A stretch of DNA of 63,833 bases, filler included, from Octopus bimaculoides (GCF_001194135.2; 7 parts of 6 records of this genome joined end to end with filler, not necessarily neighbours in it); one strand, 5' to 3'. Shown: positions 24,579-37,406, counted from the first letter of the whole stretch. Translations and numbers: made by a program. The notes: generated by a model from the letters alone, not told the origin.

Positions 24579-24756
24579 CTTAGCGGCATTTCGTCTGTCT
24601 TTAACGTTCTGAGTTCAAATTCCGCCGAAGCCGACTATGCCTTTCATCCTCACGGGGTTGATAAATTAAATACTAGTTGCGTACTGAGGTCGATCTAATC
24701 GACTGGCCCAATCCCCAAAATTTTCAGGTCTTGTGCCTAGAGTAGAAAAGAAAAAA
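24579..24756 (+). mobile_element. tRNA-SINE family B monomer with tail type 2
   Basis: CTTAGCGGCATTTCGTC..GTTCTGAGTTCAAATTCCGCCG (B box)..GTCGATCTAATCGACTGG..CTTGTGCCTAGAGTAGAAAAG. Confidence 0.85.
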
Positions 24757-24904
24757 ATATTTGTTCCAACATTTTGCACCCGAGTTCAAATCCCGTCAAA
24801 TTCAACTTTACCTTTTATTTTTCCGGGGCCGATGAAAAAAAACTTACCAATCCAAGGGCGGTAGATTGGCAAAATTTCAAAAGGGTTGAGAATAATAGCT
24901 TTTA

Positions 24905-25151
24905 TTGGGTTGGTGCATATTTATTGCAGCTTTTTTCAACAAATTTTATTCGACAAAAACAATAACATGTAACAAAAACATCTTTAAATGATAATTCCGG
25001 AGCATATTCACCATCTACTTCAATTACTGCTTCCCATTTGCTTGGCAGACGGTCAGACCGTCATTTAAAGATGTTTTTGTTAAATATTGTTATTGTTTTT
25101 GTTGAATAAAATTTGCTGATAAAAATCTGCAATAATTATGCACAAACCCAA
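24905..25151. mobile_element. mariner MITE made of two 3' ends (about 88-bp arms), TA TSD
   Basis: TA at 24903-04 and 25152-53. The TIR TTGGGTTGGTGCATA resembles the Hsmar1-type TIR. The spacer on the - strand encodes the transposase C-terminus DRLPSKWEAVIEVDGEY. Confidence 0.88.
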
Positions 25152-26459
25152 TAAGATCTGTTCCCGATTCTTTACATTCTGATGAAAAGTATGCAACGAC
25201 AGTGATCACAAAGGGAATCGACCCAAACCGGCCAACACACCTTGGCACCTTGGATAAATATCTATGCTATGAGGAAAGGAGCATTGCATGATGAACAACT
25301 AGGTCTTCTCTAAAACACCTTTGTAGGTATTTAACAGCCCTTTCGGCTACTGTCGTTCTGTGTCAGACTTCGCACGTATTATGAGAAATATCTCTTACTC
25401 ATGTTCTAGCCGTGGCCACCCAGTCTTATTTTCTTGGTGCCTTATGTTCAATATAAGTTCCTTCTGAATATTTCTGTTTTGTAGGACGTTAAGTATTTGA
25501 GCAAGATTTGGTTACTATTTCTAGCAGGCCAAGTAACTGAGTTGAGGCTTCGTCAGCATGTGTTACTATAGTTACCACTGCTGTTGTTTTTATCGCTGCT
25601 GCTGCTGCTATTGCTATTGTTGTCGTCGTTGTTATTTTTGTTGTTGTTGCTGTTGGTGTTGTTGTTGTTGTTCTTAAAGCTATTTTAAAATCAATTCTTT
25701 CCGAATCTATTCTTCAAATCGCCAGGGTGGAACGAGAACACAAAAATCCTCAATGCACCACGTGATAGTGATCTGAACCTCATAGGGTGTCGGTGGGGAT
25801 GGCGGTGNNNNNNNNNNNNNNNNNNNNNNNNNNNNNNNNNNNNNNNNNNNNNNNNNNNNNNNNNNNNNNNNNNNNNNNNNNNNNNNNNNNNNNNNNNNNN
25901 NNNNNNNNNNNNNNNNNNNNNNNNNNNNNNNNNNNNNNNNNNNNNNNNNNNNNNNNNNNNNNNNNNNNNNNNNNNNNNNNNNNNNNNNNNNNNNNNNNNN
26001 NNNNNNNNNNNNNNNNNNNNNNNNNNNNNNNNNNNNNNNNNNNNNNNNNNNNNNNNNNNNNNNNNNNNNNNNNNNNNNNNNNNNNNNNNNNNNNNNNNNN
26101 NNNNNNNNNNNNNNNNNNNNNNNNNNNNNNNNNNNNNNNNNNNNNNNNNNNNNNNNNNNNNNNNNNNNNNNNNNNNNNNNNNNNNNNNNNNNNNNNNNNN
26201 NNNNNNNNNNNNNNNNNNNNNNNNNNNNNNNNNNNNNNNNNNNNNNNNNNNNNNNNNNNNNNNNNNNNNNNNNNNNNNNNNNNNNNNNNNNNNNNNNNNN
26301 NNNNNNNNNNNNNNNNNNNNNNNNNNNNNNNNNNNNNNNNNNNNNNNNNNNNNNNNNNNNNNNNNNNNNNNNNNNNNNNNNNNNNNNNNNNNACATACAC
26401 ACACACACCTAAAAAAAGAAGCGCACACGTACACACACACACACACACTCACGAAATAT

Positions 26460-26876
26460 AATATTCTTTGCTACTCTAGGCACAAGGCCCGAAGTTTTCG
26501 GGGAGAGAGCCAGTCGATTAGATCGATCCCAAGTACGCAACTGGTACTTAATTTATCGACCCCGAAAAAATTAAAGGCAAAGTCGAACTCGGCGGATTTT
26601 GAACTCAGGACGTAGCGTCCGGCGTGCTTACGTTTCTTATTTCTTTATTGCCTACAAGGGGCTAAACATAGAGGGGACAAACAAGGACTCACAAAGGGAA
26701 TAAGTCGATTACATCGAGCCCAATGCGTAACCGGTGCTTATTTAATCAACCCCCGAAAGGATGAAAGGCAAGGTCGACCTCGGCGGAATTTGAACTCAGG
26801 ACGTAGCGACAGGCAAAATACCGCTAAGCATTTCGCCCGGCGTGCTAACGATTCTGCCAGCTCGCCACTTTTCATG
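26460..26876 (-). mobile_element. SINE family B dimer (tail-1 monomer joined to a 5'-truncated tail-2 monomer)
   Basis: Two B boxes (TTTGAACTCAG at about 26598 and 26790). Head GGCGAGCTGGCAGAATCGTTAGC at about 26850-26872. Confidence 0.88.
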
Positions 26877-27784
26877 AAACATAATATTAGCGTACACACA
26901 GACACGTGACATACATTCGCAAACAGACTTACACATGCATTCGCACATTTACTCGCATACACACTCATACGTGTATATATGAAAATACAGACACGTACAC
27001 ATACGCGCATATATGCACATGCGTGTATATGCACATACGCACACACGCACAGGCACGCACACATACATTCGCATGCACATTTACACACACACACACACAC
27101 AGCACACACACACACAGTTACACGCATGCACATACACTTGCTTACGCGCACATACGTACGCTTACACGCACATACACGCACATACACACACACACACGCA
27201 TACATGCACGTACACCAGCAAAAAATGCATACACACGCACATACACACACACACACACACACACATGCATGCACGCACGTACACTCTCTTATACGTGCGC
27301 GCACATACATACACGCATACACGTACATACACTCACATACACACGCACACACACACATACATACATACACACGCACATACACAGGCACATTCATTGTTTC
27401 TTTGTAGAAATTAAAATCCAATTAATTATAAATTTACAGAAATAAACAAAATATTACATTTTTGCTGTAATAATTTACTTTTTTTTATCTTTCAATCTCT
27501 TTAATTTTCACTAATTTCTTCCGATCTTTCTCGAAATTCTTCAACAGAAACAAAAATGAAAACAATAAAGAACAATAATAATTACGAATAATTAATAATA
27601 ATTAATTATTTAAGAAAAACAGAATGATATAGTTTGATAGTTTATAGATAAAAATTGATATAAAATAAAATAAAATATAATTAANNNNNNNNNNNNNNNN
27701 NNNNNNNNNNNNNNNNNNNNNNNNNNNNTTAATTAATTAANNNNNNNNNNNNNNNNNNNNNNNNNNNNNNNNNNNNNNNNNNNN

Positions 27785-27827
<43 letters not shown>

Positions 27828-28322
27828 TCACTGTGCACATTTTACAACACGCTTCCCTTGTTTATATGTTTTTTTTTGTTCTATAGGAGGTGGAGCCGCG
27901 TCTAACACCAAGGAGGCTTTTCTTTTTCATGAATACATATCAGAAATTTTGTTTGTAGAACCGACTCAGTGACGGTGAATCAACCATGCAGTTGCTAGTT
28001 CGAACCTAACCATCACAACTTAACGATCAAAATCTTAGTCCACCTAAGTCTGAATTTCTGAATTCCTTGCATCCCAGATCAGCTCTGATGACGCATTTCA
28101 TGATTAAAGCATTCCAATCATGACCATCTTGTCTTTTATAATGTCTTTAATTAAGACATTGTGTCAAGGGTCATATACACTGAGGTATGTAAATGAGATT
28201 ATAGAGAGGCTCATTCATTGGTTCATGCACGACTCGACAATGTTTTGAAAGTGAATATGGCAGATGGAAACCGTGTGGAAGCCTCTCGTATATATGTATG
28301 CGTGTGTATGTATATGTATGTT

Positions 28323-28492
28323 GCTCTCTCTCACTTTCTCTCTACTCCTTATCTTTCTCCCCTCCCTCTCTCTCTCACTTTCTCTCTCCCCCTCTCTCTC
28401 GCTTTCTCTCTCCCCTCTCTCTCACTTTCTCTCTTCCCCTTCTCTTTCTCCCCTCCCTCTCTCTCTCACTTTCTCTCTCCCCCTCTCTCTCT
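28323..28492. repeat. polypyrimidine minisatellite (about 22-24 bp CT-rich unit, about 7 copies)
   Basis: Repeated CTCTCTCACTTTCTCTCTCCCC. Confidence 0.85.
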
Positions 28493-29399
28493 GTATGGGT
28501 ATCTTTGTGCTTCTCCCCAGACTATTTGATAACACAAGCACGACGTGGGAATAAAAAAGTTGTATTCTTGCGGTTCTTTATTCGGTATTTGGGTAAGCCC
28601 TTTCATAATATAAAATAGAGTTTGAAGGCTATATGTGTGTGTGTGTGTGTGTAGATGTGTGTGTGCGCGCGCGCGTGCGTGTGTCAAAAAACAAAAGCAA
28701 GAAAGTATTTTGAGAACTTTATCAAAGGTCAAATATAAGAAAGTATTTTCGTATTTTTGTCAAAAACTGCTACCGGTTTCAATCGCTAAATAAAGTTGAT
28801 TTAGGGAAAATAAACTGAAATAAATAAAATTAAATTACTNNNNNNNNNNNNNNNNNNNNNNNNNNNNNNNNNNNNNNNNNNNNNNNNNNNNNNNNNNNNN
28901 NNNNNNNNNNNNNNNNNNNNNNNNNNNNNNNNNNNNNNNNNNNNNNNNNNNNNNNNNNNNNNNNNNNNNNNNNNNNNNNNNNNNNNNNNNNNNNNNNNNN
29001 NNNNNNNNNNNNNNNNNNNNNNNNNNNNNNNNNNNNNNNNNNNNNNNNNNNNNNNNNNNNNNNNNNNNNNNNNNNNNNNNNNNNNNNNNNNNNNNNNNNN
29101 NNNNNNNNNNNNNNNNNNNNNNNNNNNNNNNNNNNNNNNNNNNNNNNNNNNNNNNNNNNNNNNNNNNNNNNNNNNNNNNNNNNNNNNNNNNNNNNNNNNN
29201 NNNNNNNNNNNNNNNNNNNNNNNNNNNNNNNNNNNNNNNNNNNNNNNNNNNNNNNNNNNNNNNNNNNNNNNNNNNNNNNNNNNNNNNNNNNNNNNNNNNN
29301 NNNNNNNNNNNNNNNNNNNNNNNNNNNNNNNNNNNNNNNNNNNNNNNNNNNNNNNNNNNNNNNNNNNNNNNNNNNNNNNNNATATAAGTATATATATAC

Positions 29400-29607
29400 G
29401 GGGTTCCTCCATCTGTGGCGATGACAGGCATTGCTCCCCCAGTCGGTCTCCTGCTTATCACAGGACACAATCCTTATATCACCCGCGCATTCCACCCTCC
29501 CTCCTCCATGTTATCCAAGGGAAAGGCAAAGGAGCCGATACAACTTGGCACCAGTGATTTCGCAACTCATTTCTACAGCTGAGCGAGCTGGAGCAGCGTG
29601 AAGTAAA
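29400..29607 (-). mobile_element. SINE family C2 body
   Basis: CAACTCATTTCTACAGCTGAGCGAGCTGGAGCAGCGTGAAGTAAA is the reverse complement of the core at 17275-17310 and matches 43650-43690. Confidence 0.65.
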
Positions 29608-29620
29608 TACATACATACAT

Positions 29621-29689
<69 letters not shown>

Positions 29690-30501
29690 AATATTGTTGA
29701 AGCGAACGGGTGAAAAGATACTCAATGCTTGTTATAGAATATATTCGTTAACTTTCTTCCTGCTAATGCCGTTTATGCTGCTCCTAAAAGGTTCTCTCTC
29801 ACACACACACATACATGCATACGCCGAAAGTTAATTTGTGTGTTGTATACGTCTAAGCTCATGACTCTATGTACACACACACACATAATGAAATACTCTC
29901 GGTAATAAGCAGGACCACCTGCATGAGACGTCGTTTACCTAAACGAACTAATATATAAGATAAAGCGCTAACCGCCATATGACAATCCGTTAACCAACCT
30001 CTTTATCTCACATATTTTTACTATCTTCCCACCCTCGTCATCTGAGCAGCTCTCTTTCTAGTCAAATATTTACACAAGAAGAGCCTCATATATCTACAAG
30101 GAAGAGAATGTTTATCAATAAATTAAAAAATATATTTCGAATAACTTTGATGTTAGAAACCTGTCTCTTGTTATCGTCCATATTACCTCTTCTTTCGTAC
30201 ATCCCGTTCATGAATAAAATTATAAAAAAAAAACAGAGCTAGCTTAACTAAACTTGTCAACAAATCTGACGATTAACTGGTTTCTCACTGAATAACAAAC
30301 TTAAATCTACTTGTTTAAGGTTTAATATATAACTGACAACGTGGTAGTGACGGTCGTCTGTTGTAGTGCTTTCTTGACCTTTGGCCATCTTTATTATCAT
30401 TATTTGATTTTCAGCAGAAACAGTTTTACTAGGGATTACATGTTTTGCTCTATTTAATTATGATCTCTAGTCGTTCTGAGTTCAAATCCCTGCAACGTCT
30501 C

Positions 30502-30585
30502 TTCTTCTTCTTCTTCTTCTTCTTCTTCTTCTTCTTCTTCTTCTTCTTCTTCTTCTTCTTCTTCTTCTTCTTCTTCTTCTTCTTC
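30502..30585. repeat. perfect (TTC)28 microsatellite
   Basis: 84 bp of uninterrupted TTC. Confidence 0.97.
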
Positions 30586-30589
30586 AGAA

Positions 30590-31228
30590 ACCGATGGTGG
30601 TTGTCCCTGAAAAGGCCTATTAGATCAAATGTGGTTGGGAATCTAGAAGAGCAACTTAGGAAAGGCAACGTGACCGACGCACTGCTTCGTCAGAGCTAGG
30701 GTACGTACTATAAGACATGAAGGAAAGAAAGCCATTCCACTGGCCAAGGGGGAAGGGTTACAAAGTGCAACAAAATCACAATACGGTCTTTCATGCGAAT
30801 GTTGAAAGCGGATGCTGGCAGCTTTTCCACGGAATTTCGCTAAAATATTCTGGCTTGGTGGCGTGTCGGGGATGGAGGTGAGGGCTTACTGTGAGTCTAG
30901 ACTATGGATGCAGATTTCTGCAAAATGTCAATAACGGCTGATAAAATGCGGGGAGTGTTAACTGCCTACAATGGAGGAGAATTCACTGTGGCAAGATGGT
31001 CCTACATGCAACCTTTACATTTATATTCTTAACTTTCTGCAGGTGTCTACTGTAACTGGTTGCAGAACAGGAGAATTCTCAATAAGCCCCGTGTATATAA
31101 GGACCCGAACAAGAGATGGCTGCACCGGCATAATTTTAGATCCGTAACTCTGTCAAATGCATTGTTCCAGATTTGGGCCAAGATGTTAGCCAAGAGGTTG
31201 GGGCTTGTTATTGGTGGTCTTGTCCGTG
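30590..31228 (+). mobile_element. L1/Tx1-clade LINE ORF2 remnant (EN-RT linker to RT domain 1)
   Basis: With frameshifts: AAFPRNFAKIF, CKMSITADKM, QDGPTCNLY, AGVYCNWLQNRRI, YKDPNK..NFRSVTLSNALFQIWAKMLAKRLGLVIGGLV (NxRPIxLxN..KI.AK.LA.RL motif). Confidence 0.72.
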
Positions 31229-31960
31229 GTACAGTACTTACTGCCTTGATCAAATTATTTGTTTCTGTGATGTTGTCTGTTCTGATGTATTTCAGAATTT
31301 CATTGACGTTTTTCGTTTCTTGGTTCAGTTTCCATTGACCAACCTTTTTAAGGTTGCAAATAATGTCGCTATCGTTCTCCTGTTGTCTTACCTTTATTCT
31401 GTCGTAGATTGCCTCTTGTTCATCTGTCATGTCGCTATTAGATTTATCATCTTCTTTTAGATCATCTATATGTCTCTCCTCAAGTAAGCTACCACTGCTC
31501 CTTTCCTCTGCTATGGGATTACTCTTACTAGTAAGAACTGGATTTTCATTGTTATCTCTGCTGTTATTTTCCATGATCCGTCTTTTGATAGCTTCGAGCT
31601 CTACTTCAGTGAACCAACAGCTTTTTTCTTATTGCTCTAACTTGATCACCTAGTCTCTGTTCCGGAAGTTGAAACAATCCCTTTTCTCTCCAATGATCAT
31701 ACATACGTTGTCAGTAACCCCTAATTTGAGCACCATTTTCATCTACCGGGCTGTTCAGGAAATAACACTCCATGACCACATTATTAATTTGCTTGTTCCA
31801 TCTACGCCGTTTGTGGTGGTCCCTTTCTGGATACGGACAGGCTGGAGCCGGACCAGAATCTCTGCAACATTGTCACCATCATTGGCTTCAGTTTCATTGC
31901 CACCGTTATTCACAATATTTCGTTTTTTCATCATCGCTCATTTGAGGTAGCGATTATCAG
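31229..31960 (-). mobile_element. R4/Dong-clade retrotransposon 5' ORF remnant (Myb-like N-terminal domain)
   Basis: KRRRWNKQINNVVMECYFLNSP..IRGY*QRMYDHWREKGLF..EQRLGDQVRAIRK(fs)WFTEVELEAIKR, then LKKV..KLNQETKNVNEILKYIRTDNITETNNLIKAVS. TGA at 31711-13 and one frameshift near 31620. Confidence 0.82.
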
Positions 31961-32984
31961 GTTGCGCAATTACCAGTGTTTTTATTGTGACACCATCATT
32001 AGATGTATCATTAATCAGCCCATAAGAAGGCTCCACCCGTTTCCTTTCATTATGAGTATTATCATTATTATCATCACTGATATCACTGGTATTATTGTTC
32101 TTATGTGTAGTAGTAGCAATGGTTGCAGTAACAGCAACAGTAGCAGGGGTGGGGTAGTGCTAAGGGTGGTAGTTGGACCTCAGATTCCTGTGCTATCATA
32201 ATAGTAGTAGTTGTAGTATTATTGTAGTATTAGTAGTATTTAGTATCAGCAGCTCTAGCATATTATTATTTTTATTATTATTATTTTATGTTTGACTTTT
32301 GTTTTGCATTTGTACAAGTTGGATCCAAGTCTCACCCAGAGACCTCAAGAGACAACAAGTTAGAATTTCATGTAGGTGTTATGCCTAGGGTACCATATAT
32401 TTGGATTTGTACAGTTTTGTTCAAGTGAATGTTTAAGAAACCATAAGAAAATTATGTTTGCTTTAAAATTTGAGNNNNNNNNNNNNNNNNNNNNNNNNNN
32501 NNNNNNNNNNNNNNNNNNTTAATTAATTAANNNNNNNNNNNNNNNNNNNNNNNNNNNNNNNNNNNNNNNNNNNNCAATAAATATGGTAAACATGAGAAAT
32601 AAAGCCTTTGTTAGGGTTTTACACTTTCACATCTTCTAAGTATTTGCAACACGATATGGCGTCACCCAAGCACCAGGTGTCCCAGGTGACTACACGAGAA
32701 CTTGATAACTTCGTCCGAGAGAGAGAGAGAGAGAGAGAGCGTGTGTGTGCGTGCGCGCGCGTGTATATATTTACATGAAGTTGAATATATGTCCGGTAAT
32801 AGAGTGAATAACGGTTTTGCATCCATAAAGCACACAATGTACGCGCACGCGTGCGCGCGTGTGTGATAGTTGCTTGCATACTCGGATTTGATAAAATATA
32901 TTAATTAACACTGAGGCATTATTAATATCGGGATATAATATTTATCCCCACTTAAATGTCTGCTGCAGTATAATGAGGTGACCA

Positions 32985-33530
32985 GCTGGTATTTATTTTA
33001 TCGACCCCGAAAGGATGAAAGACAAAGTCGGCCTCGGCGGAATTTGAACTCAGAACATAAAGACGGACGAAATGCAGCTAAGCATTTTGTCGGGCACACC
33101 AACGATTCTGCCACCTCACCAATAAGAAATATTCTTTTTCTGTTCTAGGCACAAGGCCCGAAATTTTGGGAGAGTGGGCCAGTCGATTAGATCGACCCCA
33201 GTACGCAACTAGTACTTAATTTATCGACCCTGAAATGATGAAAGGCAAAGTCGACCTCGGCGGAAATTGAATTCAGAACGTAAAAAAAACAACCGACGAA
33301 ATACCTATTTCTTTACTGCCCACAAGGGGCTACACACAGAGGGGACAAACAAGGACAGACAAACGGATTAAGTCGATTATATCGACCCCAGTGCGTAACT
33401 GGTACTTAATTTATCGACCCTGAAAGGCAAAGTCGACCTCGGCGGAATTTGAACTCAGAACGCAGTGGCAGACGAAATACCGCGAAGCATTTCTCTCAGG
33501 GTGCTAACGTTTCTGCTAAATCCCCGCCTG
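32985..33530 (-). mobile_element. SINE family B trimeric cluster (tail-1/tail-2 dimer plus a further monomer)
   Basis: Three GTCG(A/G)CCTCGGCGGAA(A/T)TTGAA(C/T)TCAGAAC B-box units at about 33027, 33250 and 33431. Confidence 0.88.
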
Positions 33531-34554
33531 CCGGTAAGAAATATTACAAACAATATTTCTCACATTGGCTATTTTTATTCAAAAAAACAAAACAAAACAA
33601 CAACGGTAATACTGTAAAAATTAGCGAAATCTTCATAAAGTTCGTAATGCTGAGTTTTATTCCGCTTCTTAAATGTCACCTGCAATAGAGTGGTCTTCTA
33701 TCCACGGCTTGGTATTGAGAGCTGTTTGTGTAAGATTAGCACCGACCCAGTGAATAGTGACAGTTTGTGTAGGAATAGTAATATTTGAGGTCCCTTAGTC
33801 AAAATGTTGTTATTGTTTTCTTTGTATAATTTGATATTCTAAGCTGTTGGAAACGAGCGAATCCTAACGTTGAATTTATCAAAAAATTAATATAGTTGTG
33901 TAAATACCAGCAGAAAAAAAATAGTACTTAGAGAGCTAAGTAGTATCAACATTTGGAAAAATGTTAATTTGCAACTGTGGTTCTTAAACCTTTAATTGCT
34001 CTGCAAATTTTTTTATATTAGACTTAAGCCCGAGCGCTCCCTTTCCAAAATAATGGGTTACGGAAGACAACACATGACATTTAGAAAATAAATAAATAAA
34101 CAAATAAATAAATAAATAAATAAATGCAGTGCCTTTGAAGAAAGCTTTCACTAATAGGGGCTTCTTGAAAAACCTCAGCGCCANNNNNNNNNNNNNNNNN
34201 NNNNNNNNNNNNNNNNNNNNNNNNNNNNNNNNNNNNNNNNNNNNNNNNNNNNNNNNNNNNNNNNNNNNNNNNNNNNNNNNNNNNNNNNNNNNNNNNNNNN
34301 NNNNNNNNNNNNNNNNNNNNNNNNNNNNNNNNNNNNNNNNNNNNNNNNNNNNNNNNNNNNNNNNNNNNNNNNNNNNNNNNNNNNNNNNNNNNNNNNNNNN
34401 NNNNNNNNNNNNNNNNNNNNNNNNNNNNNNNNNNNNNNNNNNNNAAAGAACTGTGCATTCCCGGTTTAGGAATAGGAATGCCATGGCTAAAGGTGATGCA
34501 CGAATATAACAGAACTCATTGGCTGGAATTAGTAAAAGAGAGGATAAAACTATA

Positions 34555-34799
34555 AGGCGGCGAGCTGGCAGAAAGGCGGCGAGCTGGTAGAAAAGGCGGC
34601 GAGATGGTAGAAACGTTAGCACCCTGGGCGAAATGCTTAGCGGTATTTCGTCTGTGTTTACGTTCTGAGTTCAATTTTCGCCGAGGTTGACTTTGCCTGT
34701 CATCCTTTCTGGGTCAATAAATTAAGTACCAGTTGATACTGGGTCGATCTAATCGACTGGTCCCCTCCCCACAAATTTCGGGCCTTGTACCTAGAATAG
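34555..34799 (+). mobile_element. SINE family B with triplicated 5' head and 21-bp TSD
   Basis: AGGCGGCGAG(C/A)TGG(C/T)AGAA at 34555, 34574 and 34594. TSD AAAAGAGAGGATAAAACTATA at 34534-54 and 34800-20. Confidence 0.92.
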
Positions 34800-35499
34800 A
34801 AAAGAGAGGATAAAACTATACGTAGAATTACCACTATTTGATGATATTTGATGATAAATATTCTCTGAAACATTCCTGTTATATATAGATTTCCTAAAGT
34901 ATAATGCTGTTTACAAATTGTCAGGTAAGAGTTTGACCAAACCAAGGCGATCCAGTTCTTTACCTCAACATCACCTGTGCATATATTTACTTTACCGAAG
35001 CAGGAGTGACGAATTAAAACATGCGTAGAACTTGGCTGTTTAATCATTTTATAAAAAGAAGAGGACAGGGAAACAAAGTTTGTGTATGTACATATGTGTG
35101 TTTGAGCGTGCGTTTGTGCGTCTGTGTATGTGTGTGAGTGTGTTTGTGCGTGATGGTGGTGGTGAAAGTGATGATGATGATAATGATGATGATGTGTGTG
35201 TGTGTGCGCGCGTACGCGCGCTAATGTGTGTAATTTGAGAATCCATGTAAATGCAGAATGTTCATATGCGAAAGTAGTTGCTTCTGGTATTTTTACGTGT
35301 ACACTTGGAAGAGCCATTTTCTGACAGCATACAATCAGTCGTTCGGCCCTTCTTAATATTGGACAGATTGAAAAAGGTAATATTTCTTTTGTCTCTGAGT
35401 CAACCATTACAACAGCCTGTTACATATCAGAATGCGTATGCATGTACAATGTATGTACGCATGTATTATGCGTGTACGTATGCATGCACACATGTATGC

Positions 35500-35554
<55 letters not shown>

Positions 35555-36511
35555 TATATGTATANNNNNNNNNNNNNNNNNNNNNNNNNNNNNNNNNNNN
35601 NNNNNNNNNNNNNNNNNNNNNNNNNNNNNNNNNNNNNNNNNNNNNNNNNNNNNNNNNNNNNNNNNNNNNNNNNNNNNNNNNNNNNNNNNNNNNNNNNNNN
35701 NNNNNNNNNNNNNNNNNNNNNNNNNNNNNNNNNNNNNNNNNNNNNNNNNNNNNNNNNNNNNNNNNNNNNNNNNNNNNNNNNNNNNNNNNNNNNNNNNNNN
35801 NNNNNNNNNNNNNNNNNNNNNNNNNNNNNNNNNNNNNNNNNNNNNNNNNNNNNNNNNNNNNNNNNNNNNNNNNNNNNNNNNNNNNNNNNNNNNNNNNNNN
35901 NNNNNNNNNNNNNNNNNNNNNNNNNNNNNNNNNNNNNNNNNNNNNNNNNNNNNNNNNNNNNNNNNNNNNNNNNNNNNNNNNNNNNNNNNNNNNNNNNNNN
36001 NNNNNNNNNNNNNNNNNNNNNNNNNNNNNNNNNNNNNNNNNNNNNNNNNNNNNNNNNNNNNNNNNNNNNNNNNNNNNNNNNNNNNNNNNNNNNNNNNNNN
36101 NNNNNNNNNNNNNNNNNNNNNNNNNNNNNNNNNNNNNNNNNNNNNNNNNNNNNNNNNNNNNNNNNNNNNNNNNNNNNNNNNNNNNNNNNNNNNNNNNNNN
36201 NNNNNNNNNNNNNNNNNNNNNNNNNNNNNNNNNNNNNNNNNNNNNNNNNNNNNNNNNNNNNNNNNNNNNNNNNNNNNNNNNNNNNNNNNNNNNNNNNNNN
36301 NNNNNNNNNNNNNNNNNNNNNNNNNNNNNNNNNNNNNNNNNNNNNNNNNNNNNNNNNAAATTTAATAAGACCCAGATGCTGTTATAGGAAGACATATGTA
36401 GCTTATGCTCCTGAATATTTTCCTGAAATAGTTCTTTCTATTTGTTTATTTACGGAACATAACTCATGAAATAATTAACAAGTTATTATGAACAAAAGAT
36501 TTATCAACTTT

Positions 36512-36715
36512 CGTCTTTTACCTGTTTCAACCATTATACTGCGTCCATGCAGGAGCACCGCCTTGAAGAATTTTAGCCGCATAAATCAATGCCAGTACTT
36601 TTTTTTTATATAAGTCTGGTACTCATTCTAACGGTCTATTTTGCCGAACCGCTAAGTTACGGGAATGTAAACGCGCCAACACCAGTTGTCAAACGGTGAT
36701 GGAGTAACAAACGCA
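36512..36715 (-). mobile_element. SINE family A 3' half
   Basis: CTTTTACCTGTTTCAACC..GGAGCACCGCC..TTTTGCCGAACCGCTAAGTTACGG..CAGTTGTCAAAC. Confidence 0.8.
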
Positions 36716-36996
36716 CACAGCCACGCCTGTAATTAAGAAACAGTAGCGATTACATAGGTTAAGACAAAGAAAGAATATAAAACAGTTTATGTCGTCAAAT
36801 TTCGTTTACGTGGAAACTTTCAAAGCGCAAATTTCCGCTGATTATTATTTATATATTTCTTTCATCTAGTTTCTACTCTCAAAAATATTTGACATACATT
36901 TCTTTATTATCATTGCTTCCTGACACGCTTCTCTTTTCACTTGAATGTTCTTTTGAACAGAGCGTGATTTTCTAAGAAATACATTGTTACAACACT

Positions 36997-37398
36997 CTAA
37001 AATATGTCTGATGATCGTAGTGGCCGTTCAAGTGGCTCTCGTTGTCGACCATTAAACCTATGGAGCAATTCTTTGTCAAGAAACCCACGCACTGTTGCCG
37101 CATAACGGCTGGGTGCGCAAATTTTTCTAAAAAAAAATAACAAAGTTATCATAGATCTACTTTTGTACTTACATTTATGTATAACACTACTACTAATCGT
37201 TTCTAATATGGTGTCAAAATTTTCGTCGCTTGAACATGCGACCTGATCACTGACAAATTTAAGACGCGGTACAAATTTCTCAGTTACCAGATCGTAGTTT
37301 CGAATCGCGAAAAAGTTCACTACTACTAATATGTATATTGCGATTTCGCTTAGGCTTTGCGAAACTAATAACCAGTTGTTAGATTCAGTATACTTATC
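36997..37398 (-). other. unidentified 133-codon open frame in a CpG-rich island (possible exon)
   Basis: DKYTESNNWLLVSQSLSEIAIYILVVVNFFAIRNYDL..RSSDIF*, preceded by an acceptor-like CTCTAAAG|G. No homology recognised. Confidence 0.2.
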
Positions 37399-37406
37399 CT
37401 TTAGAG

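Noticed and set aside
30670-30700. CTGACGAAG on the - strand as a hammerhead ribozyme core
   Set aside because: No stem II-GAAA follows, and the region translates as L1/Tx1 ORF2 on the + strand.
17825-33530. Regularly repeated SINE-B units as a CRISPR-like array
   Set aside because: The units are Pol III SINE fragments with irregular spacing in a eukaryotic genome; there are no unique constant-length spacers and no cas genes.
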